Shown here in pieces: positions 30,655-38,769 of a stretch of 64,000 nucleotides of DNA (position 1 is the stretch's first letter; every line of letters begins with the position of its first letter). The notes under the pieces are model-generated. The model made no database searches. It was not told the DNA's origin and worked only from the letters and a program-made list of their open reading frames with translations. The position numbers were made by a program, and so were the translations under genes. This stretch comes from a virus (Duplodnaviria > Caudoviricetes): the IMG/VR virus record IMGVR_UViG_3300037067_013617, positions 1-64,000 of that record. The stretch is one strand, 5' to 3'.

Positions 30655-31545
30655 TTAATCAATCTCCTCTAAATATATTATCGTTTTGTCGAACCATTCC
30701 TTTTCTATTTTTTCTTTTTTTATTATTTTATATTTTCCTTTAGGAATTACAATTTCTTTTTCATGCTTATATAATGAAAATGGACTTATGTCTACACCAC
30801 GAGTATTATTTGCAATTATAAATTTTAAATTGAATCGTTCTTTTGAACCATGTTTTAAATATCCTCCCGGAGCAGAAAATGAAGACATAGAATCAATTTC
30901 AAATATATCATTTTCTTTAACTGAATCGTATAATTGATCTTTGAAATCTTCAAATACTCTAAAAATTTCACCATTATATTTAGGAGCATTTTGAATATAT
31001 TTTTTTAATGTATTATATATTTCAAAATGATTTTTTTTTAAACCTATATTTTTTTCTTTATCAATAATTCCTTTATCTATCTTTTTAACAATACTGCTAT
31101 TCGCTATACCATCATTATCTTCAGTCCATGCCATTATATTAAAAAAATTTTCTTCATTTATATCTATTTTATCTTTTTGATTATTAATTAAAACTTTTTT
31201 TCCTGTACCCAATCCTATATTTTCCTCTGCTTTCCCTCCCTTTTTCCCTTGTCCTTCCCTATACCAATATTTCCAACCGCCTTTCCCGTCCGGTTCTCTG
31301 CGGATATACTTTGTCGGACGAGCCTTAGTCATATCAATTTCATAATCTTCATAACCAGTCTCTTCTATTCGTTTTATTTTAAGTACGGGTTTGTGATACC
31401 AATCATATGTAACCTGTTTATTAACCTGTTCAGTAATTTTTTGTTTTTCATCTTCAGATAATGTTTTAGTAGAATTATTATTCGGAAGATCAGCGTACAT
31501 GCTATGAATAATATTATTTTTACCATCTAAATATATTTTACTCAT
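30655..31545 (-). CDS. Tagged ADP-ribosyltransferase (VIP2/C3/Alt-like R-S-E clade)
   Basis: YNGEIFRV (R), SMSSFS (STS-like), VDISPFSLYKHEKEIVIPKG (ExE); tag MTKARPTKYIRREPDGKGGWKYWY. Confidence 0.85.
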   Translation of the reverse strand: MSKIYLDGKNNIIHSMYADLPNNNSTKTLSEDEKQKITEQVNKQVTYDWYHKPVLKIKRIEETGYEDYEIDMTKARPTKYIRREPDGKGGWKYWYREGQGKKGGKAEENIGLGTGKKVLINNQKDKIDINEENFFNIMAWTEDNDGIANSSIVKKIDKGIIDKEKNIGLKKNHFEIYNTLKKYIQNAPKYNGEIFRVFEDFKDQLYDSVKENDIFEIDSMSSFSAPGGYLKHGSKERFNLKFIIANNTRGVDISPFSLYKHEKEIVIPKGKYKIIKKEKIEKEWFDKTIIYLEEID

Positions 31546-33536
31546 TTTGTTACCTTTTTATATTCAATATTAAAATCATTTTTTAAAACAGAAGATTCTT
31601 GTACCAAATCCCAAAATATTTCCCGATGTATTTTCTCCGCTTTATATGGAGTTATTTCTTTTGATTTAACTTTAGGAGTTAAAATACTAAAAACTTTTTC
31701 ATTAATGCTATTTAAGACATTTATAAAAGTAGTATTTTTATTCTTCAAATCATAAGATTCTCCAAATTCATCTGAATTTCTTGATTTTTTTTTGTGACTA
31801 ATTTTAAAAGAATAAATATCATTTGGAGTCTTTACTCTTATTTCTTTTATTCCCAAACTCAGCGCTAAAAATACATCCTCAACACTAAATGATACATCTT
31901 CAGGATGAGTATGCGTCAATATTTCAATATTTCTTAATTGCTTTACCTCGTTCTCATCAAATTCTATTTTATCATATATTCCTTCTTTATGGAATAAAAT
32001 ATTTCCATCTCTATCGATAACATTTACTTTTTCCTTTCCTGAAGGATTTATATCTTTTTCTATATTGTTTGTTGTTAATAAAGATGCTTTAGAAGTTTCT
32101 GAATGACCGATTCTTTCCTCAAACCCGATTAAGTTATAATTAAATAATAAATTATGACTATCAAATTTCATTTTTAACTTTATATTTTCTTCATCATTTT
32201 CACCTTTAAATTTTTTTTTTATGTCTTCTTTATAAAAATATCTATACCCGCCTTTCCCATCGGGAGACCTGCGGACATATTTATGACCGGGGCGGATGTC
32301 ACCGATGGCTTTAGCAAGAGATTCTTTTTTTAAATCAGGATAATCTTTTAATACTTCATCAGGAACACTTTTACCTATTTTAAGAGCATTTTTAACTGCG
32401 TCTTTATGTCCTTTATATTTTTTCCAATCATTGGTAATAAAAATCACAGGTTCGTCATCGCCGCCTGTTCCGATCTGTCTTCCTTTTCCATAATGAGTAA
32501 TATTCCCACCTGCCATGCTTCCAGATATTGGCGTTACATATACACTTACGCCTCGTTCTTGTTTATTGTCCATGTGATTATAGCTTCTTCCGCTTTTCGG
32601 AGGTTGCCCTGATCTATAAAAATCTCGTTCCTCACCTAAAACATAAACATCGCCATCATTGTCTTTTGCATATTTTTTTGCTTCTTCGGCGTTATCAAAC
32701 ATTTTTATTCTTTCTTGTTCGTTCCATCCTCGGAATAACCATTCTGCTTTATTCTTCTTAGCAAAATCTATCTGTTCATCATAATTAGTGACGACTTGCA
32801 TGTCAGCATAAGTTATTGGAGTACTTGCTTCATCTTTTGTTAATTGCCAAATTTCTTTTTTCGGAGTTAATTTTTTTAAATGACTTTTATATTCCTGTTT
32901 AGTTCTATTTTTTTCTTTTTCTATATCTTCCGATTTATCTATTTCATATGCTTTGCTTTCCATTGCAAACGGTTGTAAATCTGATGCAAAATATCCTCCT
33001 CCGAATATATAATGTTTCTCTGGATCATACGTGATCGTTTCTTTACCATTATTATATTTGGCCTCAAACGATTTATTATTTAGAATTGCTTCTGATAATT
33101 TTTTACCAATATCAACATTGGCTTTATCTTCTTCATCTTTTATTTTATAATTTTTAATTTTTCCTAAAAATTCATTTTGTAACCTTTGAAGTTCAGGCTT
33201 AATTTCATTAAATTTATTTTCTTTAATTTTCAACAAAGAAGACGGTTCTTTTAATTCATTGTATAATCTTTGTTTTTCTTTATGAAAATCCACTTTCGCT
33301 CCTTTTGCTTCACCCTGCCCCTCCCTATAAAAATACCTCCATCCACCTTTGCCGTCAGCCTCTCTGCGAATATATTTTGTTATCCGAGCTTTCTCCATAT
33401 CCTCATAATAATCAGGATCTTCGTCAAGGCGCTTTATAGCCATTCTTGTCGCAATCAATACATTGCCTGCTTTCTGCAGCTCAATTTCTATGGCATCGCG
33501 AAGCTGACGCGGTGAGTAATTTTTAAAGAGTTTCAT
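31542..33536 (-). CDS. Doubly tagged polyprotein: DUF5661-like N-terminus, ART-like middle domain, C-terminal JAB/MPN-like domain
   Basis: Two tag copies; YRSG.PP.SGRSYN...ERGVSVY...GGDDEP; KEKV..IDRDG...LTHTHPEDVSFSVED (E...HxH...S..D). Confidence 0.7.
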   Translation of the reverse strand: MKLFKNYSPRQLRDAIEIELQKAGNVLIATRMAIKRLDEDPDYYEDMEKARITKYIRREADGKGGWRYFYREGQGEAKGAKVDFHKEKQRLYNELKEPSSLLKIKENKFNEIKPELQRLQNEFLGKIKNYKIKDEEDKANVDIGKKLSEAILNNKSFEAKYNNGKETITYDPEKHYIFGGGYFASDLQPFAMESKAYEIDKSEDIEKEKNRTKQEYKSHLKKLTPKKEIWQLTKDEASTPITYADMQVVTNYDEQIDFAKKNKAEWLFRGWNEQERIKMFDNAEEAKKYAKDNDGDVYVLGEERDFYRSGQPPKSGRSYNHMDNKQERGVSVYVTPISGSMAGGNITHYGKGRQIGTGGDDEPVIFITNDWKKYKGHKDAVKNALKIGKSVPDEVLKDYPDLKKESLAKAIGDIRPGHKYVRRSPDGKGGYRYFYKEDIKKKFKGENDEENIKLKMKFDSHNLLFNYNLIGFEERIGHSETSKASLLTTNNIEKDINPSGKEKVNVIDRDGNILFHKEGIYDKIEFDENEVKQLRNIEILTHTHPEDVSFSVEDVFLALSLGIKEIRVKTPNDIYSFKISHKKKSRNSDEFGESYDLKNKNTTFINVLNSINEKVFSILTPKVKSKEITPYKAEKIHREIFWDLVQESSVLKNDFNIEYKKVTK

Positions 33537-33540
33537 AATT

Positions 33541-33903
33541 TTACCTTAACTTAAAATCAAAATTTATTGCTTTTGCATTAAAAAATTGCTGACTAAAAAT
33601 AATAACTTTTTCAGGATCAAATTCCTTACAGGAAAATAAATTTATATAGCAATCATTATGTCTATTATCTTCTCTGCAATGTATCGTAATGCTGGATGTC
33701 ATTAAAAACTGGAATGCAGAAATTCCTTCTATGTCGCCTTCTCCGAATCTCTCCACGATGCATTCACCATAAGGCTTCATTTTTATTAATTGCAATATAT
33801 CATAAATATATTTTTTTATTGGTTCTTTTTGTGTTATGCATAATCTATCGCAGTCGAATAAATCAAGTATCAGTTCATAGCCCCAGTGCTTTTTCTGCTC
33901 CAT
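33541..33903 (-). CDS. speD: S-adenosylmethionine decarboxylase proenzyme
   Basis: WGYELILDLFDC...GISAFQFLMTSSITIH...YINLFSCKEFD; likely start MEQKK at 33903. Confidence 0.8.
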   Translation of the reverse strand: MEQKKHWGYELILDLFDCDRLCITQKEPIKKYIYDILQLIKMKPYGECIVERFGEGDIEGISAFQFLMTSSITIHCREDNRHNDCYINLFSCKEFDPEKVIIFSQQFFNAKAINFDFKLR

Positions 33904-33907
33904 GCTT

Positions 33908-34897
33908 TTATTCCCCCAAAGATTTAATTTCTGTTTTATATCCAAACGGCTCATTTAAATTGCCGGACTGAATCCATTCCCTGATTTTTTTCGTATTGGT
34001 CTGTCTTATCGAAATTAATCCGTCCCATCCTTTTTGGTAATTTGATAGATAAGCAGCCTCGGCCTCTTCTATATTGTCAAAGCCTAACATGATTTTATGC
34101 TCATCGAACAAATTATTTTTTCCCTGGTTGACAACGAAAGCTCTCGATGCCCCAATTTTATCTCCTATAAAAACATCAATAGGATCATTGTCAGCGGCCT
34201 CCGTTCCTATAATATAACCGTAATGATTTTTCATCTTCGTCAACCATTTCCGGCCAGATTCGTCAAACCCCCAGCGGACACTTCCTTTCGGATTTTCAAT
34301 GCGAATACGAAGTCCCTTATATTCAATTAATCCTTTACGGTAGTTACCGCTTTCTTTCTGCGCGGGAGTCGGATCGGTATCAGTATCAATATGCTTTAAT
34401 TGAAATTTTACCTTCTGTATTTCTTTCGTCGGATTCAATGTCTCTTCGATAATTGCCAGTATCTTATCTATCTTTTGCGGGAACAGAATTGCCGTCCCTC
34501 CGGCATCCTTCCACGGCTTCAGGTTCCTATCCATGTCATCGATCAATATACTTTTCTCGTCAATTACATACGGCGATTTATCAACTGCAAAAATAACGTC
34601 AAATTCTTTTCCGACATTTTCCTCCAACCACGAAATTTTATCCCATTTACAATACTGCATATTTTCCATCGGAGTCGTCAAGAATACGATTTTATATTTA
34701 TTCCGCAGCTGATTCAATAATTCCATGCCTTCAGGGACAACTTTCAATTTCCGGAAAAAATGAGGGTCTTGCAAACAGACCTGATTTATGGTAAAGGAAT
34801 CGTCTGCGTATGCGTTGCGGCCAAAGAATTCTTTATATCCGCGGGCGAAGTCAGCGATTACGCCATCGAGATCGAAAAATATTATTTGTTGTGTCAT
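33908..34897 (-). CDS. Fusion of HAD 5'(3')-deoxyribonucleotidase-like domain and polyvalent-protein inorganic pyrophosphatase-like domain
   Basis: FFDLDGVIADF...LIDD (HAD); PTPAQKESGNYRKG...IENPKGSVR...HYGYI.GT..AD.DPIDVF...FDEHKIMLGF; likely start MTQQ at 34897. Confidence 0.85.
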   Translation of the reverse strand: MTQQIIFFDLDGVIADFARGYKEFFGRNAYADDSFTINQVCLQDPHFFRKLKVVPEGMELLNQLRNKYKIVFLTTPMENMQYCKWDKISWLEENVGKEFDVIFAVDKSPYVIDEKSILIDDMDRNLKPWKDAGGTAILFPQKIDKILAIIEETLNPTKEIQKVKFQLKHIDTDTDPTPAQKESGNYRKGLIEYKGLRIRIENPKGSVRWGFDESGRKWLTKMKNHYGYIIGTEAADNDPIDVFIGDKIGASRAFVVNQGKNNLFDEHKIMLGFDNIEEAEAAYLSNYQKGWDGLISIRQTNTKKIREWIQSGNLNEPFGYKTEIKSLGE

Positions 34898-34898
34898 A

Positions 34899-35024
34899 TT
34901 ATCTTGCCTTATTCTTATATATTCGTATAGTTTCTTCATCTACCTGATTGTACCAAAATTTACGAGCAAATCGGGCAACTTCGGTTTCCCATACAGGAGC
35001 ATATTGTTTGAATATATCGATCAT
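34899..35024 (-). CDS. Possible 41-aa ORF (MIDIFKQYAPVWETEVARFARKFWYNQVDEETIRIYKNKAR)
   Basis: Fills the gap between two genes and stops 1 nt before the next ATG; below the ORF-track cutoff. Confidence 0.4.
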   Translation of the reverse strand: MIDIFKQYAPVWETEVARFARKFWYNQVDEETIRIYKNKAR

Positions 35025-35046
35025 TTATCAATTTACATAATCATAA

Positions 35047-36963
35047 TTAATTTTTTATTTTAGGAAATTTACAAATTGCTAATATCTTAGCATTTGTCAT
35101 CTCAATTTCTCCAGGATCGTTTCCTTCGTTTGTATTATTATTAGTTCCTAATAATAATATTTCATCTCCTAAACTTTTATATTTTTCTATTTCATCCATA
35201 ATTTCATCTATAGAATTTGAATCTGCTAACCATAATGCAGAAGTTCCATGTTCTGTATCTGTTATTTTTCCATCTGGTTGATAATAGGACGATTCAGCAA
35301 TATCTCCTATTTTAACTTTAACATGTTTTCCAGTTTTTGGATTTTTACTATTAATTCTTAATCCATAAATGTTATATTCATTCGATTTTAAAATATTTTT
35401 TATTTGTTTTTTAAATTGGTCTTTATAAGGTTTTTCTTTCTTCTTTTCTTCCCCTTTTAATTTTTTATATAATTCTTTTTCTAATTCATAAGCTCTATTA
35501 TATAAATTATCCATTTCATTTGTATCTTTTTCAGGCCATAATTCAGTCCTATAACCTTTTTCATCTTTTCCATATTTTTCTCGTAACCTTTCTTCAATTT
35601 CTAGTGCTTTATCTCTATATTCTTTTTCTCTTTTTTTTAATTTTTCCATATTGGCTTCATTTTCATTTTTTTCTCCTCCATGTTTTTCTTTTAATTCCTT
35701 AACTTTATCTTCCACGGTTTCACCTTCCTTTAATGAAATATGCATCCCATGAATAGTATTTCCTAAAGATAAAGTATCTCTTCCATAATCATAAATCCAA
35801 CCGCCCTTGCCGTCCGGCTTCTTATTCTTATATTTATGATTCGCTTTCGCCTTTTTCATCTCGTCCCAATCGATCCTGCCGTTGACGACCGGAACCATCG
35901 CCTTGCCTAACGTAATCCATTTATGACCGTCCTCATATCTATTCATTGCCTCAGCCTGCACTTCCTCCGGCACCTCTATATCTTTAATCTCGTCAAATAG
36001 CCCTTTCTTGAGGATAAAGCTATTGCTAGTAATATCGAATTTCGGTTGCAAATATTCGAATAATTGTTCCTTGCGGAGATCCCACATATCCTTGATAATG
36101 GCTTCTTTTCTTTTGCGGTCGAATATTGCCTCCAACAAATTGAGTCCTTTTTCGTCTTCAAATGCTAGGATATTATAAAAAGATTTACTTATAAGTAAAC
36201 TCTTGAGATACCATTTATAGACAGTGCAGAATACTTCTTCCTCGGATGATTTCTCCCACTCAAATTCATAGATAGCACCCGGCCTGAGCAATTTGAAATG
36301 TTCATAAAATTTCTTTCTCTCATCGAATTTAACACAATCGCGCCAGAAGATATGCCCGATCTCATGCATGGTATTATCGATATATTCCCTGTCATCATAT
36401 AGGCTGATATTGTTTCCAAGTATCATTGATACTATTTTTTTCTTTTTCTGGTCGTCTGTCGACTCTAAAAAATTAACAATTACGCTATGCGGAGGGAGAA
36501 AAAGTTCTCCGACCTTCAGATTGCCGAAAACCATATTAAACCGGTTAATTTGGTCGCCAAGAGAATCTTTCGGCCAGTCCTGCTTTCCCATAATAATGAA
36601 GGGATCGCGATTATCATTCGGTACTGGCGCAGTGGAATTCTCATCATCAGAAAGACGTAAAGGGGGTCTATCTTCAAAATCTTTCTCATCTTCAATTATA
36701 ACTGCTTTGACAAGGCGCTCAATACTGATTTTTTCTTTTTTATCGGATATGAATTTATCGTCTGTGGGGTCGAATCCGATTATTAAATTATTTTGAATAA
36801 AAAACGGGCTGGAATCTACAATCGCTTTTTTTAATTCTCCATGAGAATATTTTCCATAAGAAATATTATATTTTTTTTCTAAACTTTTTTTTATTTCTTC
36901 TATGGATGTTTCAGGAGAATATTTATTTTTTTCTGATAGTTTTAAAATTTTTTCTTTATCCAT
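35047..36963 (-). CDS. Tagged multi-domain protein: zincin-like HExxH domain plus divergent ART-like C-terminal domain
   Basis: TMHEIGHIFW...EEVFC; tag MKKAKANHKYKNKKPDGKGGWIYDY; C-terminal YGLR...HGTSA...GNDPGEIE. Confidence 0.65.
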   Translation of the reverse strand: MDKEKILKLSEKNKYSPETSIEEIKKSLEKKYNISYGKYSHGELKKAIVDSSPFFIQNNLIIGFDPTDDKFISDKKEKISIERLVKAVIIEDEKDFEDRPPLRLSDDENSTAPVPNDNRDPFIIMGKQDWPKDSLGDQINRFNMVFGNLKVGELFLPPHSVIVNFLESTDDQKKKKIVSMILGNNISLYDDREYIDNTMHEIGHIFWRDCVKFDERKKFYEHFKLLRPGAIYEFEWEKSSEEEVFCTVYKWYLKSLLISKSFYNILAFEDEKGLNLLEAIFDRKRKEAIIKDMWDLRKEQLFEYLQPKFDITSNSFILKKGLFDEIKDIEVPEEVQAEAMNRYEDGHKWITLGKAMVPVVNGRIDWDEMKKAKANHKYKNKKPDGKGGWIYDYGRDTLSLGNTIHGMHISLKEGETVEDKVKELKEKHGGEKNENEANMEKLKKREKEYRDKALEIEERLREKYGKDEKGYRTELWPEKDTNEMDNLYNRAYELEKELYKKLKGEEKKKEKPYKDQFKKQIKNILKSNEYNIYGLRINSKNPKTGKHVKVKIGDIAESSYYQPDGKITDTEHGTSALWLADSNSIDEIMDEIEKYKSLGDEILLLGTNNNTNEGNDPGEIEMTNAKILAICKFPKIKN

Positions 36964-37053
36964 TTATTTTTTTCCTGCTGAGATTTATTTATTATATGAG
37001 AAAAAAAAATAAATTTTGTCAAGAATTAAAAAATTTTAAAAAAAATAAAAATT

Positions 37054-37830
37054 TCACATTGTATATTCTTTTACTATCTCGCGGCAAAAAGAAGAAACGA
37101 CTTCATGTATCTGTTTATTGACTTCAGCCAATACTTTAGGGAAAACCGGCTCGGCAGCCACGCCCGGATGTATCCATCCCGTAGACTTTTCGCTTACTAC
37201 CCGGAATATTCCATATTGTTCATGATGCTGCCGGGTAACGAAACGGGATAAACCGGTAACATCCACATCTTTTCCTTTAATGGTTAAAGTACCAGATTTT
37301 AATCTTTTGCCGGATTTGACAATATTATGCATTTCTTGTGTCATTTCCCTGCCACCGAATTTAGATTGCATTGAGCCCTGTTCGGTCTTGCGCGGCGCGG
37401 CCACGGGGAAGGGAATGACCATGTATTTTACTCCGTCTGAGGATACTTTTGCCTTTTCGCTTTTGAGCAAGGCATCCTTGATACTAAACGATTTCATCCC
37501 CGTCTCGACCATTCGAACATACATCATATTCGGTTTATTTGATGTTTTATCGATTAAATCTTCGTCAACATATATCTCCCCGACATTTCCTGTAACTTTA
37601 GCTTTTATTGCAGCAGCATATTTGTCACCCCATCCTGTACTTACGTTTCTGGCCTCTGATTTCCAACTCTCTTGCATACCATACGTTAAAACAGCCACAA
37701 CAGAAGGAAAAGCCTCATCAATAGCTTCAACTATTTTTATAAATTGTTCTTCTGATAATTGAGAACCGACCGATTCTAATGTTTCTGCAATCGAATTCAT
37801 AATCATATTTTCATCTATATTAAAAATCAT
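37054..37830 (-). CDS. Virion morphogenesis (neck/tail completion-like) protein
   Basis: MVETGMKSFSIKDALL...YMVIPF...FRVVSEKSTGWIHPG, as in SPO1/Twort-like neck-region proteins. Confidence 0.7.
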   Translation of the reverse strand: MIFNIDENMIMNSIAETLESVGSQLSEEQFIKIVEAIDEAFPSVVAVLTYGMQESWKSEARNVSTGWGDKYAAAIKAKVTGNVGEIYVDEDLIDKTSNKPNMMYVRMVETGMKSFSIKDALLKSEKAKVSSDGVKYMVIPFPVAAPRKTEQGSMQSKFGGREMTQEMHNIVKSGKRLKSGTLTIKGKDVDVTGLSRFVTRQHHEQYGIFRVVSEKSTGWIHPGVAAEPVFPKVLAEVNKQIHEVVSSFCREIVKEYTM

Positions 37831-37850
37831 ATAATATCCCTTTAAAATAA

Positions 37851-37893
37851 TTGATTTTTATTTATTATATAAATACAATGGATAAAAAATCAA
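37851..37893. promoter_or_regulatory. Overlapping divergent sigma70-like promoters
   Basis: Plus strand: TTGATT(37851)-N17-TACAAT(37874). Minus strand: TTGATT(37893-37888)-N18-TATAAT(37869-37864). Confidence 0.55.
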
Positions 37894-37901
37894 GGAATAT
37901 T

Positions 37902-38765
37902 ATGAAAAAATATAATACTGGTATATATCAAATTGTAAATCAAATTAATAATAAAAGATATATCGGAAGTGCAGTAGATTTATATAATCGAAAACATATT
38001 CATTTTTCTACTTTAAAAAATAATAACCATAAGAATAAACATTTACAACAGGCATATAATAAATATGGAAAAAATAATTTTACATTTAAAATTTTATTAT
38101 TATGTGATAAAAAAAATTTATTATTTTATGAACAGCGAATTATTGATAGTTACTATTTTAATAGTTTATATAATTTACTTCCAAAAGCAGGAAATTGGTT
38201 AGGGCATAAACACACAGAAGAAACAAAACAAAAAATATCTATAATAAAAACAGGGAAAAAATTATCACAAGAAACTCGGAATAAAATGTCTAAGAGTAGA
38301 AAAGGTAGAAAAATATCAGAATATCAAAAACAAGCACTTATACAAGGCAAACGAAATGCTACCATATCATTAGAAACAAGAAAAAAATTATCTACTATAG
38401 CTAAAAATAGAATATTATCATTCGAAACAAAACAAAAAATTAGTAATAGTTTAAAAGGACGCATATTTACAAAAGAAACTAGAAGAAAAAAATCTTTAGC
38501 ACAAATGGGAAACAAAAATCATAGATTTGGAAAACATCCTTCGAAAAAAACCATAAAGAAGATGCAAGAGTCTCAAAAGAGAAGTAAACATCATTGTGCA
38601 AAAGCTATATATCAAATTGATAAAAATACAAATTCTGTAATAAAAACATGGTTTTGTATTAATGATGCGGCTGATTTTATATCTATATCTAGTACATGTA
38701 TTTCTATAGCTTGTAAAGATAATTCAAAAACCGCTGGCGGATATAAATGGCAATATGTTAAATAA
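37902..38765 (+). mobile_element. Free-standing GIY-YIG homing endonuclease with NUMOD3 repeats and NUMOD1-like C-terminus
   Basis: TGIYQI.NQINNKRYIGSA; repeated H/S.ETK.KIS motifs; KTAGGYKW; antisense to neighbours; start at 37902 after AAGGA. Confidence 0.92.
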
Positions 38766-38769
38766 AATC

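Noticed and set aside
37851-38765. Group I intron around the GIY-YIG gene
   Set aside because: Both flanking genes appear complete with their own start and stop, the HEG is antisense, and there is no room for a ribozyme core
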